This document shows positions 8,161 to 15,770 of a stretch of DNA of 64,000 nt, piece by piece. Each line of letters opens with the position of its first letter. Position 1 is the stretch's first letter. Source of the stretch: a virus; the IMG/VR virus record IMGVR_UViG_3300046522_000297, positions 50,008 through 114,007 of that record. One strand, written 5' to 3'. The position numbers and the translations under genes are program-made. The notes beneath the pieces were generated by a model. It was given only the letters and a program-made list of their open reading frames with translations, did not search any database and had not been told where the DNA came from.

Positions 8161-8352
8161 ATGGAAATCCTGCACAAGCTGTTCCCGTTCCTGGGCCAGG
8201 TCAAATCCCCGGCCGATAAAAAGGCCCCGAAGGTCTACCCGTTCTCGTCGACGCGTCAACACACCCGTGCAATCTGTCAAGGTTTGCACAACGTCCGGGT
8301 CAACGTCGCCGGCAAGCACAACACCGTGCTGCAAACGGGGGATGCCAAGTAA
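8161..8352 (+). CDS. hypothetical protein
   Basis: RBS AAGGA; host-like codons. Confidence 0.65.
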   Translation: MEILHKLFPFLGQVKSPADKKAPKVYPFSSTRQHTRAICQGLHNVRVNVAGKHNTVLQTGDAK

Positions 8353-8364
8353 GTAGCGCCGGAC

Positions 8365-8393
8365 TTGCAGTATAGTGACTACGTTGCTATAAT
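8365..8393 (+). promoter_or_regulatory. host sigma-70-type promoter
   Basis: TTGCAG-17nt-TATAAT with extended -10 TG, upstream of the tRNA pair. Confidence 0.7.
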
Positions 8394-8406
8394 GTAAGTC
8401 TTCTGT

Positions 8407-8494
8407 GCGCCGGAAGCCCTATTGGTCGGAGGCCCTCGACTCATAATCGAGCTGCGAAAGCACGTTGCGGGTTCAAAGCCCGCCCGGCGCACCA
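8407..8494 (+). tRNA. tRNA with CAU anticodon (Met/Ile2) and long variable arm
   Basis: GCGCCGG/CCGGCGC, CTCGA-CTCATAA-TCGAG, 15-nt variable region with TGC-GAAA-GCA hairpin, ACCA; A at position 8. Confidence 0.75.
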
Positions 8495-8512
8495 ATAAAT
8501 AGTTGTTAAGAT

Positions 8513-8600
8513 GGACCGGAAGCCCTACTGGTCGGAGGCCCTCGACTAATAATCGAGCTTCGAAATCACATTGCGGGTTCAAAGACCGCCCGGTCCACCA
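8513..8600 (+). tRNA. tRNA with AAU anticodon (Ile), paralog of 8407-8494
   Basis: GGACCGG/CCGGTCC, CTCGA-CTAATAA-TCGAG, 15-nt variable region, ACCA; one T-stem mismatch. Confidence 0.7.
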
Positions 8601-8619
8601 ACTCCGTAATTATAATAAG

Positions 8620-9042
8620 ATGCCTCAAGAAGCACAGTTTCCATTCGAAGGATATAGACTTTACATAGTACTTCACAAAAAAGAAGGCCGACGTATGGCT
8701 AACTTAGTGAAGAAAGACACGGGTAGTCAAGTAAGAACTACCATGTCGTACGCCCGTTATCTCATGTCAGTTCATTTAGGTAGAGTTTTGACCGAAGATG
8801 AGCATGTCGATCATAAAAATGACGATAAGTTGGATGATAGAATCGATAATTATCAGATTTTAACCCCAGCACAAAACCTTGAAAAGTATAATCGGTCACA
8901 CCCTAAAAAAGTCGTAGATGTAAGATGTTTTTGGTGTGGCACTACTTTTCAAATGGACAAAAGAAACGTCCCATTTAGGCCCAATGCTTGTTGCAGTAGA
9001 AAGTGCGCTAGAGCTAAGCAGTTTAACAGAGACAAAAGTTAG
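8620..9042 (+). CDS. HNH endonuclease with C-terminal Cys motifs
   Basis: EHVDHKNDDKLDDRIDNYQILTPAQN; CFWCG...CCSRKC; start placed at ATG after the tRNA. Confidence 0.85.
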   Translation: MPQEAQFPFEGYRLYIVLHKKEGRRMANLVKKDTGSQVRTTMSYARYLMSVHLGRVLTEDEHVDHKNDDKLDDRIDNYQILTPAQNLEKYNRSHPKKVVDVRCFWCGTTFQMDKRNVPFRPNACCSRKCARAKQFNRDKS

Positions 9043-9077
9043 TAGTCCTCTCACACAATCCGTTTTAGGAGTTTCGC

Positions 9078-9500
9078 TTGGAAACGTCCAATTCCCCAAC
9101 GGTTCTTACCGTTCCAGAGATCGAAGCAATGCTTCGTATCACCACCGCACAAGTAACAATTACGAAAGAGGTCGAAGGTGTAAACCTCGATGACCTCTGC
9201 CGTAAACTGTTGCAAATGCATGAAGAGGCGGCAAACGATCCGAACATCGCAGCTCGTTTCCCTCCCAGAACCATTGATGTCAAGGTGCAGTTCAGCAACA
9301 ACAAGATCGGCGCAATCAAAATTGTCCGTATGCTTACGGGTCAGGGTTTGAAAGAGTCGAAAGATCTCTGTGATTATGCGGCCCGTGATTTCGGAGGACG
9401 TAGCTCCGTAGTTTTACGTGGAATCCGCCCCGAGGCCTTTACGGCAGTCCAGCGAGAAACCCCTTTCATGGGTGATGTCTCGGTATCTGAACACAACTAA
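9078..9500 (+). CDS. protein with ribosomal protein bL12 (L7/L12) C-terminal-like domain
   Basis: NNKIGAIKIVRMLTGQGLKESKDLCD matches bL12 KI.VIK.VR..TGLGLKEAKDLV; RBS AGGAG before TTG. Confidence 0.8.
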   Translation: METSNSPTVLTVPEIEAMLRITTAQVTITKEVEGVNLDDLCRKLLQMHEEAANDPNIAARFPPRTIDVKVQFSNNKIGAIKIVRMLTGQGLKESKDLCDYAARDFGGRSSVVLRGIRPEAFTAVQRETPFMGDVSVSEHN

Positions 9501-9570
9501 GTTTCACCCCGCCGAGGGCTAAGAGAAATCTTGGCCCTTTCTTCTTTTCGTCCAACCAAATAGGACTCAT

Positions 9571-11685
9571 ATGAATCACTCCGTAGCAACTATCCCGCGT
9601 CGTCCGCTCGCTACCGCCGTCACTCAAGCTCTGTCGGCTCTCAAGACGGTACGTGCTGCTGCAGCTGAGGATGAGTCGAATTCGGTCAACACCGAACTCG
9701 CCATTTCCCCGGAACTCGACGCTGCAGTCGAAGACGTCATCGCCCAAGCCAAGGCCCTGGAACTCCTGGAGCCGGTCAAGGCAGAACTGCCGAAAGTCGA
9801 CCTGAGCACGGTCGTCGAATTCGTCCCGGTCAAGAACAAGATCGGCCGCTACCGCATCGTCTCGACGAAGCTGCGCCAGTTTATCCACGATTCCACCGAT
9901 ACCGGCTTCATGTCGGAAAAGATGCTGGAATCGATCCACGACAGCGAAGAGCAGAAAGCAGCCCGTCTGCGTATCTCGCTTATCGATCTGGAAGCGATGT
10001 TCCGCAGCTTCCACGACTTCGCCTCGATCGATGAAGACGACGTCAAGTCCTCGGCTTCCGGCCTGACCTGGCCCGAATACAAGACGATGTTCGACGACCT
10101 GAACCAGCGTTATAGCACCTGGCTGGAAATGCGTCGTGCTGCTGCACAAGCCAAACATGACGCACACATGGCTCAGTTCAACAGCGGCGTGGCGGACTAC
10201 GAAAGCACGCTCGTCGGCCTGAAGGGTGAATCGATCAAGCGTCTGAACGGCACGGCGATTCCGTACGTGTTCGATATGGGTGGCCAGAAGATCGTCGGCA
10301 AGATCACCAATGCCCGTGAACAAGAACACCCGATGATGGGTAAGTGGATAGAAGTCCGTTACGAAATCCACACCCACAACGGCATCGGCCTGTCGAGCAC
10401 CAACCACAAGCTGGATATCCCGATCTACGAAGGCGTAGCTTCGCTGGAATCGCTCGGCCTGACCCGCCTGGACAAGTGCTCGGAAAGCGTGAAAGCTGCC
10501 CTGATCGCCCGTGGCGAGAAGTACCTGAAGTTGCACGAGAAGCCGGCGTACGTCATGTCGACGGGCAATATCACCCGCAAGGAAGGCCGCAACACGTACC
10601 AATTCAACGCCAAGGGTCGCGCCATGGTCGATATCCTCGGCCATCGTCAGATGGATACGAACTACTACGCACACTTCCACGTGGCGGATCCGGACGGCAT
10701 GGAACCGGACGACTACATCCCGATGTCGAAGGTCGACGACTACATCAAGATGAGCTGCAGCCCGTACCTGTACGGCTTCTCGTTCAAGGCCAAACTCTGG
10801 GGCGAAATGCTCGTCGACCAAATCACGGAAATCCAGTTCCGTGACGACGTCTACGACAAGCTGGTCCTGGACGATGCCACCAAGCGCATGATCTTCGCTC
10901 AAGTCACCGATACCGGCGACGCTGACACAGATCTGATCGCTGGTAAAGGCGTCGGCTGCATCGCCCTGCTGGAAGGTCCTCCGGGTGTCGGTAAAACCCT
11001 GACGGCGGAAGCTGTCTCGGAAACCCTGAAGCGTCCGATTTACTATGTGTCGGTCGGCGAACTGGGTACCAGTGCTCGTTCGCTGGAAACCAACCTGAAG
11101 GAAATTCTGGAAATCGCAGCTTCCTGGAATGCCATTCTGCTGCTGGACGAAGGTGACGTGTTCCTGGAACGCCGTGACAGCCACGATCTGGAGCGTAACG
11201 CCATGGTTGCCGTGTTCCTGCGTCTGCTGGAGTATTTCCCGGGCATCATGTTCCTGACGACCAACCGTGCCGACAACATCGACCCGGCCTTCGAGTCCCG
11301 CATCACGCTTTGCATCCACTACAAGGATCTGGACGCAAGCAGCCGCTTCAAGATCTGGACGAACCTGCTGAATGCTGCTAAAATCAAGAGCATCAATACG
11401 GAAGCCATCGATCGTCTGTCGCACTTCAAGCTGAACGGTCGTCAGATCAAGCAGGTGATCAAGTCGGCGGGTGCACTGGCTCGTTTCGAGAAGCGCAACC
11501 TGGAATACGACGACTTCATGACCGTCATCCAGCAGAAGGAAGACTTCAAGAAGGCCACCGTCTACCAGCTCGGCAAGGGTCTGTCTGACGACAAGGCAGC
11601 AGCACCGGTGAAGGAAGTGGGCCTGGTCCGCCGTGTGTGGAACGCCCTGGTCAACAACGGCCAGAGCCTGGGTCAAGGCCAGTAA
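9571..11685 (+). CDS. AAA+ ATPase
   Basis: Walker A GPPGVGKTLTAE, Walker B ILLLDEGDVFLERR, FLTTNR...DPAFESRI, LNGRQIK. Confidence 0.92.
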   Translation: MNHSVATIPRRPLATAVTQALSALKTVRAAAAEDESNSVNTELAISPELDAAVEDVIAQAKALELLEPVKAELPKVDLSTVVEFVPVKNKIGRYRIVSTKLRQFIHDSTDTGFMSEKMLESIHDSEEQKAARLRISLIDLEAMFRSFHDFASIDEDDVKSSASGLTWPEYKTMFDDLNQRYSTWLEMRRAAAQAKHDAHMAQFNSGVADYESTLVGLKGESIKRLNGTAIPYVFDMGGQKIVGKITNAREQEHPMMGKWIEVRYEIHTHNGIGLSSTNHKLDIPIYEGVASLESLGLTRLDKCSESVKAALIARGEKYLKLHEKPAYVMSTGNITRKEGRNTYQFNAKGRAMVDILGHRQMDTNYYAHFHVADPDGMEPDDYIPMSKVDDYIKMSCSPYLYGFSFKAKLWGEMLVDQITEIQFRDDVYDKLVLDDATKRMIFAQVTDTGDADTDLIAGKGVGCIALLEGPPGVGKTLTAEAVSETLKRPIYYVSVGELGTSARSLETNLKEILEIAASWNAILLLDEGDVFLERRDSHDLERNAMVAVFLRLLEYFPGIMFLTTNRADNIDPAFESRITLCIHYKDLDASSRFKIWTNLLNAAKIKSINTEAIDRLSHFKLNGRQIKQVIKSAGALARFEKRNLEYDDFMTVIQQKEDFKKATVYQLGKGLSDDKAAAPVKEVGLVRRVWNALVNNGQSLGQGQ

Positions 11686-11695
11686 CAAGTATTAC

Positions 11696-11780
11696 GGGAG
11701 CATGGTGGAACTGGGATACACTACAGTCTTAAACACTGTCGCCTTCGGGATTGCGGGTTCGACTCCCGCTGCTCCCACCA
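11696..11780 (+). tRNA. tRNA-Leu(UAA)
   Basis: GGGAGCA/TGCTCCC, ACAGT-CTTAAAC-ACTGT, long V-arm, ACCA. Confidence 0.92.
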
Positions 11781-11841
11781 AAACAACGGCCGGCTAGGTT
11801 AACTCTTAGTCGGTCTTTTAATTTGTGAAGTTCTTTTAAGA

Positions 11842-12207
11842 ATGGATATTAGTATGTCGAAGCAAGAAAAAATCGCAGCAGCAAAAGCAACGAAGACCTC
11901 CAAGCCGACCGTGGCCCAATTCACGGGTTCGCTCGACACGACGGCGTTCGAAAAGGACTCTGTCTCCCCGGCGGATCGTTTCTGGAACATCAAGGGCACG
12001 AGCTACTATAGCCGTGACAAGGGCCTGCTGAAGGGTCTGCGTCGTGTCCTGAACCTGAAGGCAGGCGTGAACGAAGACGTGGCTGACGTCATCGAACACG
12101 ACAAGAACGACAAGGAAATCATCGTCGACAAAATCGCTGCTGTCCCGGCGAAAGACTGGCCGTTCAAGATCACCAAGGGCCCGGCTCATCCGCGCCTGAA
12201 CGGCTAA
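11842..12207 (+). CDS. hypothetical protein
   Basis: Strong host-like codon bias. Confidence 0.7.
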   Translation: MDISMSKQEKIAAAKATKTSKPTVAQFTGSLDTTAFEKDSVSPADRFWNIKGTSYYSRDKGLLKGLRRVLNLKAGVNEDVADVIEHDKNDKEIIVDKIAAVPAKDWPFKITKGPAHPRLNG

Positions 12208-12312
12208 GCTCAGCAGTTTCAATAATCACTCTAGGTATTGGTATAATATAAGTAACATAGAAATATGTATCTTTTCTTATGCTTACCTAGGGTTAAGCTG
12301 AAAGGAATTGAG

Positions 12313-12489
12313 ATGTTCAACATCCTCAACAATCTGGCGAAAGCTGCTGTCGGTATCGTGGTGGAAACTCCGCTGGCCATCGCAGCTGATGTCGTAACCC
12401 TCGGTGGCACCTTGACCGACAAGGACAAGACCTACACCGAGACCGCTGTCGAAAACGTTTACAAGAACGTCGAGAAAGCAACGAAGTAA
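12313..12489 (+). CDS. small hypothetical phage protein
   Basis: RBS AAGGA before ATG 12313; behind promoter at 12239. Confidence 0.7.
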   Translation: MFNILNNLAKAAVGIVVETPLAIAADVVTLGGTLTDKDKTYTETAVENVYKNVEKATK

Positions 12490-12519
12490 CAACCTTCCAT
12501 AACTTCAAAGGGAAATCCT

Positions 12520-12765
12520 GTGTCTGCAAAGAAAGAAGCTAAAGGCGGCAAGCCCGCACCCGTCGCACCGGCCAAGAAAGCCAAAGTCGATCCGGCAACC
12601 AAGATCAAGCGCAATGCTGACGGTACCAAGGCCATGAAAGTGGCACGTGGCACCGAGCGTCGTCGCCGTCGTGAAGGTCTGCGTCAGGACTGGAAAACCC
12701 ATCCGAACGCAAAGCAAATGCTGAAGCCGGGTCAACAGACCGTGGCAGAAGCACAAGCAGCGTAA
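12520..12765 (+). CDS. small highly basic protein ending in Ala-Ala
   Basis: K/R-rich, RRRRRE, host-like codons. Confidence 0.7.
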   Translation: MSAKKEAKGGKPAPVAPAKKAKVDPATKIKRNADGTKAMKVARGTERRRRREGLRQDWKTHPNAKQMLKPGQQTVAEAQAA

Positions 12766-12814
12766 AAGCAGTACCCACCGCTCCGGCTGAATCAGTGCGG
12801 GGCGGTGGTCCAGA

Positions 12815-12891
12815 CGGGAAGATAGCTTAGTTGGTAGAGCGCCGTATCTGAGGTACGCATGTCAGAGGTTCAAATCCTCTCTTTCCGACCA
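12815..12891 (+). tRNA. tRNA-Pro-like body with aberrant anticodon loop (possible pseudo/decoy tRNA)
   Basis: CGGGAAG/CTTTCCG + ACCA (C1-G72, A73), canonical D- and T-arms, anticodon arm CGTAT-CTGAG-GTACG. Confidence 0.6.
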
Positions 12892-12913
12892 AAATTCAAT
12901 CAACGAAATTATC

Positions 12914-13102
12914 ATGTACATTACCTGGACTCTCCTATTTATTGTATCTGCAATCCTCGGAGGGCTCTTCGGTGATTGTGGTATGACTGCAACAGCGGGT
13001 GGATTGTTTTCCATCGCTCTAGTTGCAGCAATTGCATTATTCGTAACGTGGATAGATGACGTAGAAACTAAAACCGTTGACGACTCGGTACGTAAGCGTT
13101 AA
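12914..13102 (+). CDS. small membrane protein
   Basis: Two hydrophobic helices. Confidence 0.6.
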   Translation: MYITWTLLFIVSAILGGLFGDCGMTATAGGLFSIALVAAIALFVTWIDDVETKTVDDSVRKR

Positions 13103-13117
13103 AATAGTATCTCAAAT

Positions 13118-13193
13118 GCGGGGTTAGCTCAGTTGGTAGAGCGCTTTCCTTCCAAGTAAGAGGTCGCCGATTCGAATTCGGCATCCCGCTCCA
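13118..13193 (+). tRNA. tRNA-Gly(UCC)
   Basis: GCGGGGT/ATCCCGC, loop CT-TCC-AA, TCCA end. Confidence 0.9.
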
Positions 13194-13247
13194 GGTTTCC
13201 TTCTTATCGCCGAGGTAGATCACAACGATCCCTCGGCGATTCTTTTT

Positions 13248-13356
13248 CGTACCTACACCGATTCCCCATCTTCAAAATTACTCTAAAGGCAATCTCGCCA
13301 TTATACGTTGTTGACACTGCGTAAGGGTCGAGGATGAGGAATCGGTGTGGGCACGT
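13248..13356 (+). ncRNA. candidate structured RNA / 5' leader
   Basis: ~26-bp imperfect stem CGTACCTACACCGATTCCCCATCTTC / GAGGATGAGGAATCGGTGTGGGCACG enclosing ~55 nt. Confidence 0.5.
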
Positions 13357-13403
13357 GTCCACTAGACCAATGTTGGTCATAACTCCAAATAAATAGGAAA
13401 AAC

Positions 13404-14360
13404 ATGTTCAATCTGAATACCACCGGCTTCTCCGCTAAAGTCCTGAACCGCATGTTCCGTCAGGTCGATGGCCTGAAATGGGATCTGCAAACCGGTTCGC
13501 TGGGCGTCGTCGGCAAGGATGGTTCGATTGCCACCCTGATCAAAACCGAAGTTCCGGCCGTCGCAGCCGTCGAAGCAACCGCAGTGACCCCGGCCGTCGC
13601 CGCTCAACCGGCATCGGTCGAGTACAATATCTCGGTCAACCCGTTCGACATGTTCTCGGTCGCAATCCCGGCCTTCGCTACCCAGACCCGTCTGGAAAAC
13701 GTCAAGGAAGGCGACCTGGTCGTCGGCGCCGAGAAGATCCTGGGCTTCGTCATCGGCAAGACCGCTGCTTCGCTGAAGCTGCGTGACTTCGATGGCTTCA
13801 CCAAGAACTACACCCCGCCGAAAGTCCAGATCCTGGGCAACGATGGCGTCCTGGTCGTCCAGTCGCTGGGTTCGCTGTTCGGTGGCCAGACCGGCGTCGG
13901 CGGCTTCCAATCGCTGCTGATGCCCCTGCTGCTGGCAAACGGCAACAGCACCGAAGGCCTGGACTCGATCCTGCCGCTGATCCTGTTCAGCCAACTGCAG
14001 ACCGCCAACCCGGCCGTCGCTGCTGACGCTGCAACCGCTGCTGGCAACCCGGCCCTGGCCGCAAGCCCGATCGCTTCGATGCTGCCGTTCCTGCTGCTGA
14101 AAGGCGCTGGCAAGAAAGGCTCGACCGGCGGTTCGAAAGGTGGCGCATTCGGCGACATCGACCCGATGATGCTGATGATGATGTCGGGCGGCTTCGGCGG
14201 CGGCGCACAAGCTGGCGGCATGAACCCGATGATGCTGCTGGCTCTGGCCAAAGGCGGCTTCGGCGGCGACGACGAACCGGAAGCTCCGGCTCTGGTCTCG
14301 GTACCGCGCACCTCGGCTGCTTCCGGCAACTTCGCCCCGGCCCTGACCCGTACCCGCTAA
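13404..14360 (+). CDS. Gly/Ala/Met-rich hypothetical phage protein
   Basis: RBS AGGA; repeated LLPLLL and PMMLMMM low-complexity C-terminus; extreme codon bias. Confidence 0.8.
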   Translation: MFNLNTTGFSAKVLNRMFRQVDGLKWDLQTGSLGVVGKDGSIATLIKTEVPAVAAVEATAVTPAVAAQPASVEYNISVNPFDMFSVAIPAFATQTRLENVKEGDLVVGAEKILGFVIGKTAASLKLRDFDGFTKNYTPPKVQILGNDGVLVVQSLGSLFGGQTGVGGFQSLLMPLLLANGNSTEGLDSILPLILFSQLQTANPAVAADAATAAGNPALAASPIASMLPFLLLKGAGKKGSTGGSKGGAFGDIDPMMLMMMSGGFGGGAQAGGMNPMMLLALAKGGFGGDDEPEAPALVSVPRTSAASGNFAPALTRTR

Positions 14361-14376
14361 TCCAGCGGTAACGGTC

Positions 14377-14404
14377 TTGCACACTGAGGCTGTTATGCTA
14401 TAAT
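14377..14404 (+). promoter_or_regulatory. host sigma-70-type promoter
   Basis: TTGCAC-16nt-TATAAT with extended -10 TG. Confidence 0.6.
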
Positions 14405-14415
14405 AGTCTCAATAA

Positions 14416-14490
14416 GGCAACCAAGTGGATTGGCAACCTACTGGCTTGCACCATCCGTGCACAGACGGTGGTTGCCCCAATAGCCTGTGC
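14416..14490 (+). ncRNA. candidate pseudoknotted RNA upstream of tRNA-Cys
   Basis: GGCAACCA/TGGTTGCC stem; inner CCGT-GCACAG-ACGG loop complementary to downstream CTGTGC. Confidence 0.45.
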
Positions 14491-14541
14491 AAATAGTAGA
14501 ACGGAAAAGACCTTGTTCACAAGACTGGGTCTTTTCTCCAT

Positions 14542-14621
14542 GGTAGCGTGCCTGAGTCTGGTCCAAAGGAACGGATTGCAAACCCGTAAAACCGCAGGTT
14601 CAAATCCTGCCGCTATCTCCA
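14542..14621 (+). tRNA. tRNA-Cys(GCA)
   Basis: GGTAGCG/CGCTATC, loop TT-GCA-AA, U73, CCA. Confidence 0.88.
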
Positions 14622-14638
14622 ATAAATAAAGGTGAAAT

Positions 14639-14779
14639 ATGTGGGGTAAAGAACTCGGCAATGCCCTGGAGCAAATGATCATCTTTGCTGCCATAGGCAT
14701 GATCCTATCCATGGCGTTAGGGTTAGGAGGTATCTTCTATCTTATCTGGTGGGTATTCCATCACGTACAATTCGTTTAA
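14639..14779 (+). CDS. small membrane protein (46 aa, below track cutoff)
   Basis: RBS AAGGTG; hydrophobic helix. Confidence 0.55.
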   Translation: MWGKELGNALEQMIIFAAIGMILSMALGLGGIFYLIWWVFHHVQFV

Positions 14780-14785
14780 CAATCT

Positions 14786-14862
<77 letters not shown>

Positions 14863-15006
14863 TCCCCCTCTTAAAAATGAGCAACATCAAAACTCCTAAA
14901 AACACTTATGCATTCGTAGCAATAGTGGCGGTGTTCACACTGGCTATGGCGCGCTGCAGCCCCGCTCCGGTAACGAACCAAATGCCGTGCCCTGCAAAGG
15001 TACAGA

Positions 15007-15195
15007 ATGAAATCTAATAAACAATCACTCCCAAAGCCCCGTACGAAGTTACACGAGGTTTTGGCAATGAAAGCTACCAGTGGCGCAGCTGGGAAACATG
15101 CTGCTAACAAATTCAAACGAGCCCCGAAACATAGGGGTCTCGCAAAGCACGGGGACTTCGGTTCCCGTTTTTTTTTAGTTCAACGGAGTTTATAA
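15007..15195 (+). CDS. putative alternative ribosome-rescue factor (ArfA/BrfA-like) with internal terminator
   Basis: Basic 62 aa, GAAGKH...FKRAPKHRG, hydrophobic tail; intrinsic terminator 15149-15176 precedes the stop codon. Confidence 0.55.
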   Translation: MKSNKQSLPKPRTKLHEVLAMKATSGAAGKHAANKFKRAPKHRGLAKHGDFGSRFFLVQRSL

Positions 15196-15422
15196 TGAAG
15201 AAATCCCTAGCCGTGCTTTCACTGCTAGCATTGATGTTATCTGCGTGTGGGCCCCAAGAATCCACCGAGATGCAGATGCGCAGGACCACCGCTAAGCTGA
15301 GGATATACAAAGCTCAGCTGGAAGCCTGTGAAGATAATGGTGGCGTTAAAAATATTACTCATGGAAGTAATACTACTACTGTTTATTGTGTAAATAGTGT
15401 TAGTACCATTGCTTATAACTAA
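15195..15422 (+). CDS. lipoprotein
   Basis: Lipobox LSAC after signal peptide; RBS GGAG. Confidence 0.75.
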   Translation: MKKSLAVLSLLALMLSACGPQESTEMQMRRTTAKLRIYKAQLEACEDNGGVKNITHGSNTTTVYCVNSVSTIAYN

Positions 15423-15431
15423 GGAAGGATA

Positions 15432-15743
15432 ATGACAAAAGGAATTTGCAGAATAGGGGACTCAGTCTCAGGCACATGCAGGGTATCGGCTACAGGACAT
15501 CCCCGTGCCTTTACCGGTACTTGGAATACAGGGTCTGGAGTGGTAAAATGTGACGGCATTGGAGTCATACGAGAGAACGACACTGGCACTACCGATTGTG
15601 GGCACACCTTCAAAGCGGTAGGTGGTAGTAATACTCTCAGCGGTGAGGGTTTAAAGATGCAGAGAGTAGGAGATCCAGTAACCGTGATCGGCGGTGGAGA
15701 AGGGGTTTCTATCACGGGTTCAAGTAGCAGTACGTCTGAATAA
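15432..15743 (+). CDS. PAAR-like spike tip protein
   Basis: Three PAAR-type repeats (ICRIGD, VIREND..TDCGH, MQRVGD) with metal-binding Cys/His and terminal TGS. Confidence 0.8.
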   Translation: MTKGICRIGDSVSGTCRVSATGHPRAFTGTWNTGSGVVKCDGIGVIRENDTGTTDCGHTFKAVGGSNTLSGEGLKMQRVGDPVTVIGGGEGVSITGSSSSTSE

Positions 15744-15770
15744 TAAACAAAACAATAATAGAATAAGAAA

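Noticed and set aside
9466-11688. 740-aa antisense ORF over the AAA+ ATPase (and similar shadows at 5430-6128, 13377-14384, 17615-18628)
   Set aside because: In-register mirror of strongly codon-biased genes that avoid TTA/CTA/TCA, so antisense stops are absent; no motifs or RBS.
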